From Spirochaetia bacterium (GTDB lineage: Bacteria > Spirochaetota > Spirochaetia > UBA9216), in contig OY776510.1 in NCBI GenBank assembly GCA_963675665.1, positions 4,064,001-4,128,000 of the forward strand: DNA of 64,000 nt, read 5' to 3'. Both the position numbers and the translations under genes were made by a program. How positions within the stretch are numbered: position 1 is the first letter of the stretch; each line of letters opens with the position of its first letter. Below the pieces are notes generated by a model, which was not told the origin of the DNA, did not search any database, and saw only the letters and a program-made list of their open reading frames with translations. Below are positions 9,708-17,973 of the stretch, piece after piece.

Positions 9708-10937
9708 TTGATGAGACGTATTTTTTTATTTATTACAGTTGTCTTTCTCATTGGTTTTCCCGGATTTTCATCGGATTTTCCCGATTACTACAGTATTATC
9801 ACCGCTGCAGGCGAACTGACTGATGATATTAATACCGGAACAACTGTTTTTCCGCTGCTGAAGATTCCGTCAGGCGGCAAAGCCGAAGCTATGGGTACAG
9901 CCCAGACTGCCGTGGCATCGGATTCGGCTTCTATTTTATATAATCCTGCAGTTTCAGCCGTTATTGACTTAACGGAGCTTGCTTTTTCGCATAACAACTG
10001 GATAGCTGATACAAGTATCGAAAGCGTAATGTTCACAAAACGGTTTGAAGATTTCGGAATAGGCGCCGGTTTGAAGCTGCTGTATCTTCCTTTTACGCAG
10101 TATGACGATTGGGGAGCTGCCGTTGCGGCCGGGTATCCGCTTGAGACGATATTAACATTAAATGCTTCATACAATTTTCTGCGTAATTTTTATTTTCAGG
10201 GACTCTCGGCAGGTTTATCCGTAAAAGCCGGGTTTCGCAGTATCCCTTCGGTTTTCTATGCCGGCCAGTCCTCATTTGCCGTCATGACGGACGCCGGTCT
10301 GTACACCAGGTTTAATTTCCTCAAATTCTATGATTCAAGGGATAAAAACTTTTCAGTCGGAACAGTTATTAAAAACCTGGGAGTAGAAACTCTCGGTGAA
10401 GCACTTCCTGCGGAATTTTCATCAGGAATAGCCTATTCCCCGATTCGTCCGATTAATTTTGCTGTTGATTTTAATCTGCCCTTAAATCTGAGCGGCGCTC
10501 CGGCCGAAGAATGGTACCTTGCCGGAGGTTTTGACGCAACGATGACCGAATTCTTTTCGTTTCAGGGAGGCTTTAACTTTCGGGGAGCAAACCCGAGGAT
10601 TTCTCTCGGCAGCACAATTGATATGGCTCACGTTGCTTTTAATCTGAACTATACCCTTGATTTGACTACATCCACAGACCAACTTGACCGTTTCAGTATC
10701 GAGGCAAAACTCAAGCTTGGCGATGAAGGCCGATACGAGCGTACTGCTATGGTTGATGAACTTTATATTGCCGGGCTGGATGCCTATGCCAACGGAGATC
10801 TTCAGAAAGCTATCGCCTACTGGGAAGCTGCGCTTGAAATCGATAACTCTTTCACCCCGGCGGAAGAATTTATAGCAAGTGCGTCACGTTCAATTCAGCT
10901 TCTTCAAAGAATGGAAGAACTCAATCGTGTTGAATAA
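9708..10937 (+). CDS. UPF0164-family (FadL/PorV-like) outer-membrane barrel with C-terminal TPR
   Basis: Signal peptide; TGTTVFPLLKIPSGGKAEAMGTAQTAVASD...YNPA...HNNWIADT N-terminal signature; beta strands; C-terminal TPR (GLDAYANGDLQKAIAYWEAALEID). Confidence 0.85.
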   Translation: MMRRIFLFITVVFLIGFPGFSSDFPDYYSIITAAGELTDDINTGTTVFPLLKIPSGGKAEAMGTAQTAVASDSASILYNPAVSAVIDLTELAFSHNNWIADTSIESVMFTKRFEDFGIGAGLKLLYLPFTQYDDWGAAVAAGYPLETILTLNASYNFLRNFYFQGLSAGLSVKAGFRSIPSVFYAGQSSFAVMTDAGLYTRFNFLKFYDSRDKNFSVGTVIKNLGVETLGEALPAEFSSGIAYSPIRPINFAVDFNLPLNLSGAPAEEWYLAGGFDATMTEFFSFQGGFNFRGANPRISLGSTIDMAHVAFNLNYTLDLTTSTDQLDRFSIEAKLKLGDEGRYERTAMVDELYIAGLDAYANGDLQKAIAYWEAALEIDNSFTPAEEFIASASRSIQLLQRMEELNRVE

Positions 10938-11766
10938 TCTTTGCATATACTGCAAACAGGAACGGGTCAACTTTTTTACTTGACATCCATCGCAGCATTC
11001 TTGACCGCCCAACATCAGATCTTTCTTCTTCGGCTATCTTTTTGAGTAGTTTTTCATGCTTCCTGATATCACTTTCATCAAATAAAAGCATTATGCTTTC
11101 AAGAAGTTCATGGACCTTTTCCTGATCAGAATAATCGAACATAATATTGCTTTCATCACCGATTATATTCATTAAAAGCTGTTCCATATCGGTGGTTGTT
11201 TCACAATGCTGAAGATACTGTTCAACATCCTTTGTAAAACTGTCTTCATTAAAAATTATTGCATCAACCTTTGTCCTCAGCCTGACTTTCAATTCTGTTG
11301 CAGGTTTCGAATCGGCGTTTCGTTTTGCAAGAAAAAAATAAAGACCTACAGCTCCTGCAAGACCTATCAGTATTTCATCTACCATCGGAACAGGGTCCCT
11401 GATTACAAACGACATGATGAAATACAACAGCAGGAAAAGAAGCGTTGAAATCAGAAAACGGGGAAGAAACCGCCGTTCAGCAGCCCATTCCCTAACGGCC
11501 TGTTCAATCATCCTGTACAGCTCATTTCTCAACAGTGTTAAAGATTCAACCCGCGGCTCTTTTCCATAAAATCCTGTTATCTCGTTCTTATCAAGCAGTT
11601 CAATCAGGTTTTTTCTTTTTGAAAAGGGGTAAAGAAATATCGATGTTCCGTTTCCGCGATAAATATGAAAAATTGTAATTTTCTTTTCGTCCATATATGT
11701 TAAAAAATACTCCCGTGCAAATAAACCGTCAAGTTCTATTACTTTCCGGTTATAGTTTTGCCTCAA
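10921..11766 (-). CDS. Hypothetical membrane protein (hydrophobic hairpin around RDPVPMVDE)
   Basis: 281-aa ORF overlapping the ankyrin gene end by 17 bp; two hydrophobic segments. Confidence 0.7.
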   Translation of the reverse strand: MRQNYNRKVIELDGLFAREYFLTYMDEKKITIFHIYRGNGTSIFLYPFSKRKNLIELLDKNEITGFYGKEPRVESLTLLRNELYRMIEQAVREWAAERRFLPRFLISTLLFLLLYFIMSFVIRDPVPMVDEILIGLAGAVGLYFFLAKRNADSKPATELKVRLRTKVDAIIFNEDSFTKDVEQYLQHCETTTDMEQLLMNIIGDESNIMFDYSDQEKVHELLESIMLLFDESDIRKHEKLLKKIAEEERSDVGRSRMLRWMSSKKVDPFLFAVYAKIIQHD

Positions 11767-12652
11767 TTTTCTGCTGAAGTTCCTTCAGCGAAAAAAGCTT
11801 TGCATAATCTGCCGCAGTCATTCCAAGACTGTCTTTTACCGTAATATCGGCACCCTTGTCAACAAGAAGATCTGCGAGCTTCTCCATACGGGCCCCAATT
11901 GCTACAACAAGCGACGTCTGCCCGTTCCGGTTTTTAAAATTCAGATCGGCACCGGCGTCTATCAACAGCTCGGCAACTTCCGTCTTCATTGCTGTTACGG
12001 CATCCATTATCGGGCTGGTACATCTGTCGCGCGCAATCAGGTTAAGTGAAGCTCCATAACTCATCAGAAGCCGGCATATTTCAAGATCACCGTTACGTAC
12101 TGCCAACGACAGCAGGGGCACGCCTTCATCATTCTCCGTTTCAGTGGAAAACCCCACTTTGAGAAAAGCCTGTACTTCCCTGTACATTCCGTATTCAACC
12201 GCCTCTACCAGCCCCCGGCTGCTGAAACTGAGACTTGATTCCGAGATTAATCTCCTTGCATTATGAAAAACCTTATTGCTTTCAAAAACCTTGCGTTCCC
12301 TCCTGAAATACCCTATAGTTTCGCCTATGCTGCCGACTACCGGCTCCGCTCCCAAAATTTCACTCAGCATCTTCTTTTCCTGTGAGAAAATAAGGACCCG
12401 GCCTTTTTTTGCCAGAACATAACCTGCCGCTACGGTTTCCAGCATGCACAGACCGTCTTCGGATTTATTTCCTGAAAGGCAGTCCGGGAAAAATAAAAAG
12501 AGATCAGCGTTTCTTAACGACTTAACAAGCTGCATTTCGGTACAGTTATCAAAATATAACTTCTCGGATTTCACCTTTTCGAGCTGCATAATTCTTCCGA
12601 CAGTAATAAATATATTCCTGTGTTTTTCTCTGCCGAGCATCAATACCTTCAA
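11750..12652 (-). CDS. Ankyrin-repeat protein with N-terminal alpha/beta domain
   Basis: Repeats GVPLLSLAVRNG, TSPIMDAV, GQTSLVVA, GMTAADYA; TTG start with SD GAGGTG. Confidence 0.88.
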   Translation of the reverse strand: MKVLMLGREKHRNIFITVGRIMQLEKVKSEKLYFDNCTEMQLVKSLRNADLFLFFPDCLSGNKSEDGLCMLETVAAGYVLAKKGRVLIFSQEKKMLSEILGAEPVVGSIGETIGYFRRERKVFESNKVFHNARRLISESSLSFSSRGLVEAVEYGMYREVQAFLKVGFSTETENDEGVPLLSLAVRNGDLEICRLLMSYGASLNLIARDRCTSPIMDAVTAMKTEVAELLIDAGADLNFKNRNGQTSLVVAIGARMEKLADLLVDKGADITVKDSLGMTAADYAKLFSLKELQQKIEAKL

Positions 12653-12721
12653 CTTTCACCTCTGATACAATATTCGACGATTTGGGCAAGAATTTCAAGT
12701 AACATAAACTTCTTTCAAAAA

Positions 12722-15700
12722 TCAGCCTACCGTTCGCATCCTGTTAAGACAGATGAGGCTGCTTACGTTTATGTATTCGGCCCCTGATTCAGCCTCTACA
12801 CGGCCGGTTACAAGGAACGCAAAACCCGAAGCTATAACCGGTTCAACATCGGCCCATACCGCCGGGAAAAAAACCGTTTCAAAAATGGACCAGGAATCTT
12901 CGAAACTGACAAAACTCATCGGCTTTTTTGATGATGTAAGCACTTCCTTTTCGGCCGCCAGCGTTCCGGCTATTGAAATTATCCGGCCTTCATATTCTTT
13001 AAGCCTGCGCGAATCAATCATAACGGCTGATCCCCGGCTTGCCGCTGAACAACGGGCAGCAGCCCGCCCGGAGAAAAATTCAACCGGGTGTCTTGAAAAG
13101 AACAGGTCAAGGGTATCAATCTCATCGCCCAGAATTACAGCGGGGCTGTAGCCCTTAAGCGCAGGAACTGCCGGCAGATCAAAATCCGTCCTAAGGCTCT
13201 GTATTCCGGTTTCACGGGCCTTTTCTGTATGATAGAATTTCCAGAACATCTGGGGCCTGTTGAAGCTTCCTGCAACACTGTCGAGACAGCCGCTTTTTAT
13301 CAGCATCCCCACCTGCCGGTATGACGGTCGTATCCGATTGATAAAATCATCAAATGATTTGAAATACCCTTTCCCTGCGCGTTCTTCAAGTATGCTTTCT
13401 ATCAGGGTGCCGGACAGTTCCCTTATCTGGCAAAGACCGGCCCGCATGGCCCTGATGCCGCAGAATGATTCTGAGGAAGGGTTTTCAATGGCGTAAAGAC
13501 CCAGGCTTTTGTTTATATCGGGCTTCAGAACCGGGAAGCCCATTCTCCTGACCATATTCAGATACACCTGCCGTGAATAAAACCCTCCGCCGTTATTAAT
13601 AACCGATACCATGAACTCAAGCGGATAGCGCAGCTTCAGCCAGGCAAGCCTGTATGAAACCAGGGCATATGACGCGCTGTGCGATTTACAGAAAGAATAC
13701 CCGTCGAACGACAATATCCCCTGCCAAAGGACCTCTGCATCTCCGGCGGATGTACCGCACGAGGCCGCCCCCTGCATGAAACGCTCGCGCCAGCGGACAA
13801 GCTTTTCAGCCCTGTTTTTCTTTGACAGTATTTTCCGCAGCTGATCGGCCTCTCCGGGATTAAACCCGGCGGCGGCCATTGCAACCCTCGCGACATCCTC
13901 CTGGTAAACCATAATACCGTAAGTCTCGTCCAGCACGCCTTCAAGACGGGGATTCAGGGGCCTGTATGCGCCTCCTTTCATTCTCCGGATATATTCATTA
14001 ATCCATTTATTGGCGGCCGGTCGTATTATCGAACTTGCCGAAACAACATGTTCAAAATCGGCTGTCCCCATTTTCTTGAGCAGCTGCCGGGTTGCCGGAG
14101 ATTCTATGTAGAAGATACCGGCGGTGTCTCCGGATTCGATATATTTCTGCGTGCGGGGGTCCGAATACGGCTGAAAGCTTTCCCAGTCGAGCTTTTCGCG
14201 GCGCTCCCGGTTCGCCAGAATTATTGTATCGCGCAGCACTGCAAGAGATCTGTTGCCGAGCAGATCAATCTTTACAAGGCCGCAGGCCTCCGCCCCGTCT
14301 TTCTCCCAGGCTATAACCGGGAAACCGGACGCGGAAGGCTGTACGTGCGTATATGCCGTGATCGGCCCAGGGGTAATAACCACACCCCCCGGATGCATTC
14401 CGATGAACCGCGGCCGGCCGTACAGCAGTGCCGCGCTTTCGGCAATCTCCCGGGGGAGAGGTTCGCCCCGGCCTCCGCGCCACTTTTTCATCAGTTCATT
14501 CGCCTGCATGTCGGTCATGCCCATCGCCTTTGCCGCCTCACGGGCCGCGCCGCGGCGCCTGAAAAAGACATGATCGGCAACCATCGCCGAATTTCCCGGA
14601 TATTTTTCAAATACATATTTAAGGGCCTTTTCCCTCTCATCCCAGGGAAAATCCACATCAATATCCGGCGGATCAACCCGGTATTCATTCAGAAAACGTT
14701 CAAAAAAAAGGTTATATGCAAGCGGATCAACGTGCGTTATCCCGAGCAGGTAAGAAACTATGCTTGAAGCAGCGCTGCCGCGGCCGCATGTTCGCGGGGC
14801 CTGTCCGACTATATCCCGGACTACAAGAAAATAGGACGCAAAACCCTTGCTGCAGATAATATTCATCTCGTACTGCAGCCGTTTTTCTATTTCCGCCGCC
14901 TTCACGGCGCCCGGCTGCGCCCCGTAGCGGCGTCTTACCCCGCTGCGGCATAGACGGTACAGCTCGGCGGCTGTTTCATCACTGTTCATTCCCCGGAATT
15001 CGGGAAAAACCCACTGCGTCGGCAGCAGTTCAGCCCCGGCCGCAGCTTCCGCTATTTCAGCAGTACCGGAAACAGCCTCGGGAACAGCCGAAAAGAAATT
15101 CTCCATTGAGGTATCGGCTTCGGTATAAATTCCTCCGCTGCTGCTTGCCGAACAGCGGTCCCGCAGGATTCCGAGCCTTGCTGCGGGAATGCCCGAATCA
15201 ACTGACCGGAGAAGCTGAAGAGTTTTGAAATCGCTGTTGCCCGATAAAACGAATTCCCGCAGCGCGGCTGTTTTTACACCCAGCCTGCCGGAGAATCGAC
15301 GGAGAGCGTCAAACGAATCGCCGTGAAAAAGCCCCGTGTACAGTCCGCTGCCGCCAGTCTCGCGGAGCCGTTCAATGACCCGGGTCCTGCTGCTTACAAT
15401 AATCAGTCCGTCGCGTCCGTTTTCAAGCAGATCGGCAACCGGATCATAGCTTTCCTCGCCCCGATCACCGGCCGACAGTTCCCGGTTAAGCCGCGAAATT
15501 ATAGTGTTAAGGCGCTGGAAACCTGTCCTGTTGATACAGTATGCCGTAAAAAGATATTCCATTTTGCCGGCAGGCGCAGATGAGGTTATAACAACTCCGC
15601 ACAGGGCTTTGAGATCATACTTTTCAGCTGTTTCCAGAAAAGACGGCAGTCCGTAGAAATTATTTATGTCTGCAACACCGACAACCCGTTCGCCTGAAGC

Positions 15701-15802
15701 GAAAGCATTACGGCAAATCTGTTCAAAAGAGAGAACACCCTTCAGAAGGCTGTACCGGGAACGGCAGTGAATAAAATTGTATGTTACCGGGTTCTTTTCC
15801 AT
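12722..15802 (-). CDS. dnaE2: Secondary DNA polymerase III alpha subunit (DnaE2-like, probably error-prone)
   Basis: Degenerate PHP (HCRSRYS), GRGSAA, catalytic PPDIDVDF, HPGGVVI, GLVKIDLLG, FCKSHSASYA, C-terminal OB fold; 1026 aa, ending right after the OB fold. Confidence 0.82.
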   Translation of the reverse strand: MEKNPVTYNFIHCRSRYSLLKGVLSFEQICRNAFASGERVVGVADINNFYGLPSFLETAEKYDLKALCGVVITSSAPAGKMEYLFTAYCINRTGFQRLNTIISRLNRELSAGDRGEESYDPVADLLENGRDGLIIVSSRTRVIERLRETGGSGLYTGLFHGDSFDALRRFSGRLGVKTAALREFVLSGNSDFKTLQLLRSVDSGIPAARLGILRDRCSASSSGGIYTEADTSMENFFSAVPEAVSGTAEIAEAAAGAELLPTQWVFPEFRGMNSDETAAELYRLCRSGVRRRYGAQPGAVKAAEIEKRLQYEMNIICSKGFASYFLVVRDIVGQAPRTCGRGSAASSIVSYLLGITHVDPLAYNLFFERFLNEYRVDPPDIDVDFPWDEREKALKYVFEKYPGNSAMVADHVFFRRRGAAREAAKAMGMTDMQANELMKKWRGGRGEPLPREIAESAALLYGRPRFIGMHPGGVVITPGPITAYTHVQPSASGFPVIAWEKDGAEACGLVKIDLLGNRSLAVLRDTIILANRERREKLDWESFQPYSDPRTQKYIESGDTAGIFYIESPATRQLLKKMGTADFEHVVSASSIIRPAANKWINEYIRRMKGGAYRPLNPRLEGVLDETYGIMVYQEDVARVAMAAAGFNPGEADQLRKILSKKNRAEKLVRWRERFMQGAASCGTSAGDAEVLWQGILSFDGYSFCKSHSASYALVSYRLAWLKLRYPLEFMVSVINNGGGFYSRQVYLNMVRRMGFPVLKPDINKSLGLYAIENPSSESFCGIRAMRAGLCQIRELSGTLIESILEERAGKGYFKSFDDFINRIRPSYRQVGMLIKSGCLDSVAGSFNRPQMFWKFYHTEKARETGIQSLRTDFDLPAVPALKGYSPAVILGDEIDTLDLFFSRHPVEFFSGRAAARCSAASRGSAVMIDSRRLKEYEGRIISIAGTLAAEKEVLTSSKKPMSFVSFEDSWSIFETVFFPAVWADVEPVIASGFAFLVTGRVEAESGAEYINVSSLICLNRMRTVG

Positions 15803-15814
15803 AACGCCAAACTA

Positions 15815-15852
15815 CTATACAAATGTTTAGCATTAATAGATCCGGAAGTCAA
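15815..15852 (-). promoter_or_regulatory. dnaE2 promoter with overlapping LexA-like palindrome
   Basis: Minus strand TTGACT(15852-15847)-17 bp-TAAACA(15829-15824); imperfect palindrome CTAAACATTTGTATAG at 15815-15830 covers the -10. Confidence 0.65.
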
Positions 15853-15853
15853 G

Positions 15854-16135
15854 CTATACGAGATCGATCATTCTTTTGAAAGCAGAATTATTTTTCTGAA
15901 GTTCCTTTGAGCCCCGGGTAATCTTGCAGAGACTCAGACCAAGCTGGGAAGCAATATTTCTTTGACTTGTACCCTGATCAAGCATCTTTACAAGGGCCCA
16001 GCGGCTTGCTACCTCGCTCAGTTCATTTTTTGTTAACAGGCATTCAAGAAAACTGAAAATAAGTTCCGAATCGTCAGTACGGGAAAGCGCCGCACTGAGT
16101 TCTTTCAGGCTGTCGTTAATATCATGTGTGTCCAT
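15854..16135 (-). CDS. TrpR-like (Trp repressor/YerC family) regulator
   Basis: LLTKNELSEVASRWALVKML...SQRNIASQLGLSLCKITRGSKEL HTH; start reassigned to ATG 16135 (promoter TTCACA-17-TATAGT-6-ATG). Confidence 0.85.
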   Translation of the reverse strand: MDTHDINDSLKELSAALSRTDDSELIFSFLECLLTKNELSEVASRWALVKMLDQGTSQRNIASQLGLSLCKITRGSKELQKNNSAFKRMIDLV

Positions 16136-16242
16136 ATCGTAACTATAACAGTTTTTACCCTCGTTGTGAATAAAAGAAAATTCCAACGTTTTTTCACGGA
16201 CAACTGATTGACTATAGCACCTGAATAATGGAAATTCATTGC

Positions 16243-17106
16243 ATGAATACCGACAGGGCGGCAGCCCGGACATATAATCTGCATACGCATACTTACAGGT
16301 GTAAACATGCCGAAGGAGACGCCCCGGAATATGCCCGGGCGGCAAATGAAGCAGGAGTTGAGCTACTCGGCTTCACGGAGCACCCCCCGCTTATACCGAA
16401 TGATATATGGACCCCGTTCAGGATGGATGAAAAAGATCTCGACAGCTATTTTTCGGCAGTAAGCGAGGCAGCCGAATTATTTCCCGGAATAAAGGTTCTG
16501 ACCGGATTTGAGATGGATCTTTATCCGCGGTTCAAATCGTATTATGAGGATACCTTTCTGTATCGACGCGAGATTGATTTTCTGATAGCGGGAGTGCACT
16601 GGATTCGTTATCACGGAGAATGGATGTGGATTCAGAAAGCTGAAACAGCAGGTCATCTTCGCGAATATGTAAATGAAATTACAGCCCTGATGGAAAGCGG
16701 CTTATTCAAATTTATCACGCATCCCGACAGCTTTGCTTTGGGATATCTGAAATGGGATGAGAATGCCGAGGCATGCGCCGCTGATATTCTTTCGGCGGCG
16801 GAAGAATACCGGGTGCCGCTCGAAATCAACGGTTACGGACTTCGAAAACCGGATATAGACACTCCTGAAGGCCCCCGCAAAGCCTACCCTCATTCAAGAT
16901 TCTGGGAAAAGGCAGCCTCTTACGACATTACAGTTGTATGTAATTCAGACGCGCATAAACCGCACGATGTTATGGGCGGAGTCGACGGGTGCCGCGATAT
17001 CATGAACAAATTCAATCTGCGCCATCATCCTGTGCATCAAGAGATTTCAGAAGCCGTTTCACTGAGTAGAGACCCGAATCAACTGAGCCTTTCGGCAACC
17101 CCATAA
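16243..17106 (+). CDS. PHP-family histidinol-phosphatase (HisJ/HisK type)
   Basis: NLHTHTYRCKHA, GFTEH, GFEMD, THPD, EING, NSDAH; start at 16243 or 16228. Confidence 0.85.
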   Translation: MNTDRAAARTYNLHTHTYRCKHAEGDAPEYARAANEAGVELLGFTEHPPLIPNDIWTPFRMDEKDLDSYFSAVSEAAELFPGIKVLTGFEMDLYPRFKSYYEDTFLYRREIDFLIAGVHWIRYHGEWMWIQKAETAGHLREYVNEITALMESGLFKFITHPDSFALGYLKWDENAEACAADILSAAEEYRVPLEINGYGLRKPDIDTPEGPRKAYPHSRFWEKAASYDITVVCNSDAHKPHDVMGGVDGCRDIMNKFNLRHHPVHQEISEAVSLSRDPNQLSLSATP

Positions 17107-17908
17107 TTTCGGCGATCTCTGAATTGGTCGGCGACATCTGTACGCGGTTTTTCCCGCTGTGAGCCCGGCCGATTCGCTTTTTCAGCTCTGCCTGCCGGTT
17201 TATCAGACTGTTCCGTTCGGTACCGTTCACACAGTCGGTATATTCCTGTTGCAGCTGGCACAGTTTTATATAAGCCTTGTTTATCCGTGTTCTGAAAACA
17301 TCAAGCCGCTCACGCCGGAATTCGCCCTGTTCCCGCAGCTTCATAATTGTTTCGTAAAATCTTTCGGAATCACTTCCCGTCAAAACAGACAGGGTTTCAA
17401 TATGCGCGTCATCAAGATAATTGGCATTTTTCAGGGCCAGCATCTTCAACTGTCTTTTCAGTTTTGCGCTTCGGATTTCCCCGGCTCCGTTAATGCCGAG
17501 AAGCCTTTCCGATTCTGCTGTAAGCTTCAGCGGTTCAGATGTCTTTTTATCCGGTTCTGCGGCTGCAGACGATGCTTCGGCATCCATTATACAGTTATAT
17601 CTGACGCATTGATTTATTTTATCGGCACAGCTTTTTTTCCTGTGATATGTTTTTATCTGCCAGGCGAGAGTGTTTCTGAGAAGGCACTGAAACGACAATC
17701 CCTTATACCTGAAATTCTTAATCAGTTTTAACAGCCTTGGATAAAAAAACAGATAGAAATCCACACAGACATCATGTTCCCAGTGAAAGCGTCTTGCCGG
17801 ATAATCCATCACTTCAAGAGAAGCCTCTTTCATAATATCAGAAAAGCCTTTTCCTGTTTTCTGCCATTCCAAAATCAGGTTCGTTATATAATCAGTTTCT
17901 TTTTTCAT
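17012..17908 (-). CDS. Sigma-70/ECF-like protein with long region 2-4 linker
   Basis: Region-2-like DFYLFFYPRLLKLIKNF...FQCLLRNTLAWQ; region-4 HTH SEIAEIMGLPKGSVDSGLYSVKRLL; start probably MKKETD (17908). Confidence 0.6.
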   Translation of the reverse strand: MKKETDYITNLILEWQKTGKGFSDIMKEASLEVMDYPARRFHWEHDVCVDFYLFFYPRLLKLIKNFRYKGLSFQCLLRNTLAWQIKTYHRKKSCADKINQCVRYNCIMDAEASSAAAEPDKKTSEPLKLTAESERLLGINGAGEIRSAKLKRQLKMLALKNANYLDDAHIETLSVLTGSDSERFYETIMKLREQGEFRRERLDVFRTRINKAYIKLCQLQQEYTDCVNGTERNSLINRQAELKKRIGRAHSGKNRVQMSPTNSEIAEIMGLPKGSVDSGLYSVKRLLKSLDAQDDGAD

Positions 17909-17973
17909 GAAAATGGAATAGCAAATAGTATGCCGGAAATACATACGCCGAAAGGCTGTACTGTTACATTATG

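Noticed and set aside
16136-16345. N-terminal extension of the TrpR-like ORF
   Set aside because: Overlaps the divergent PHP gene and promoters; homology and promoter geometry support ATG 16135.
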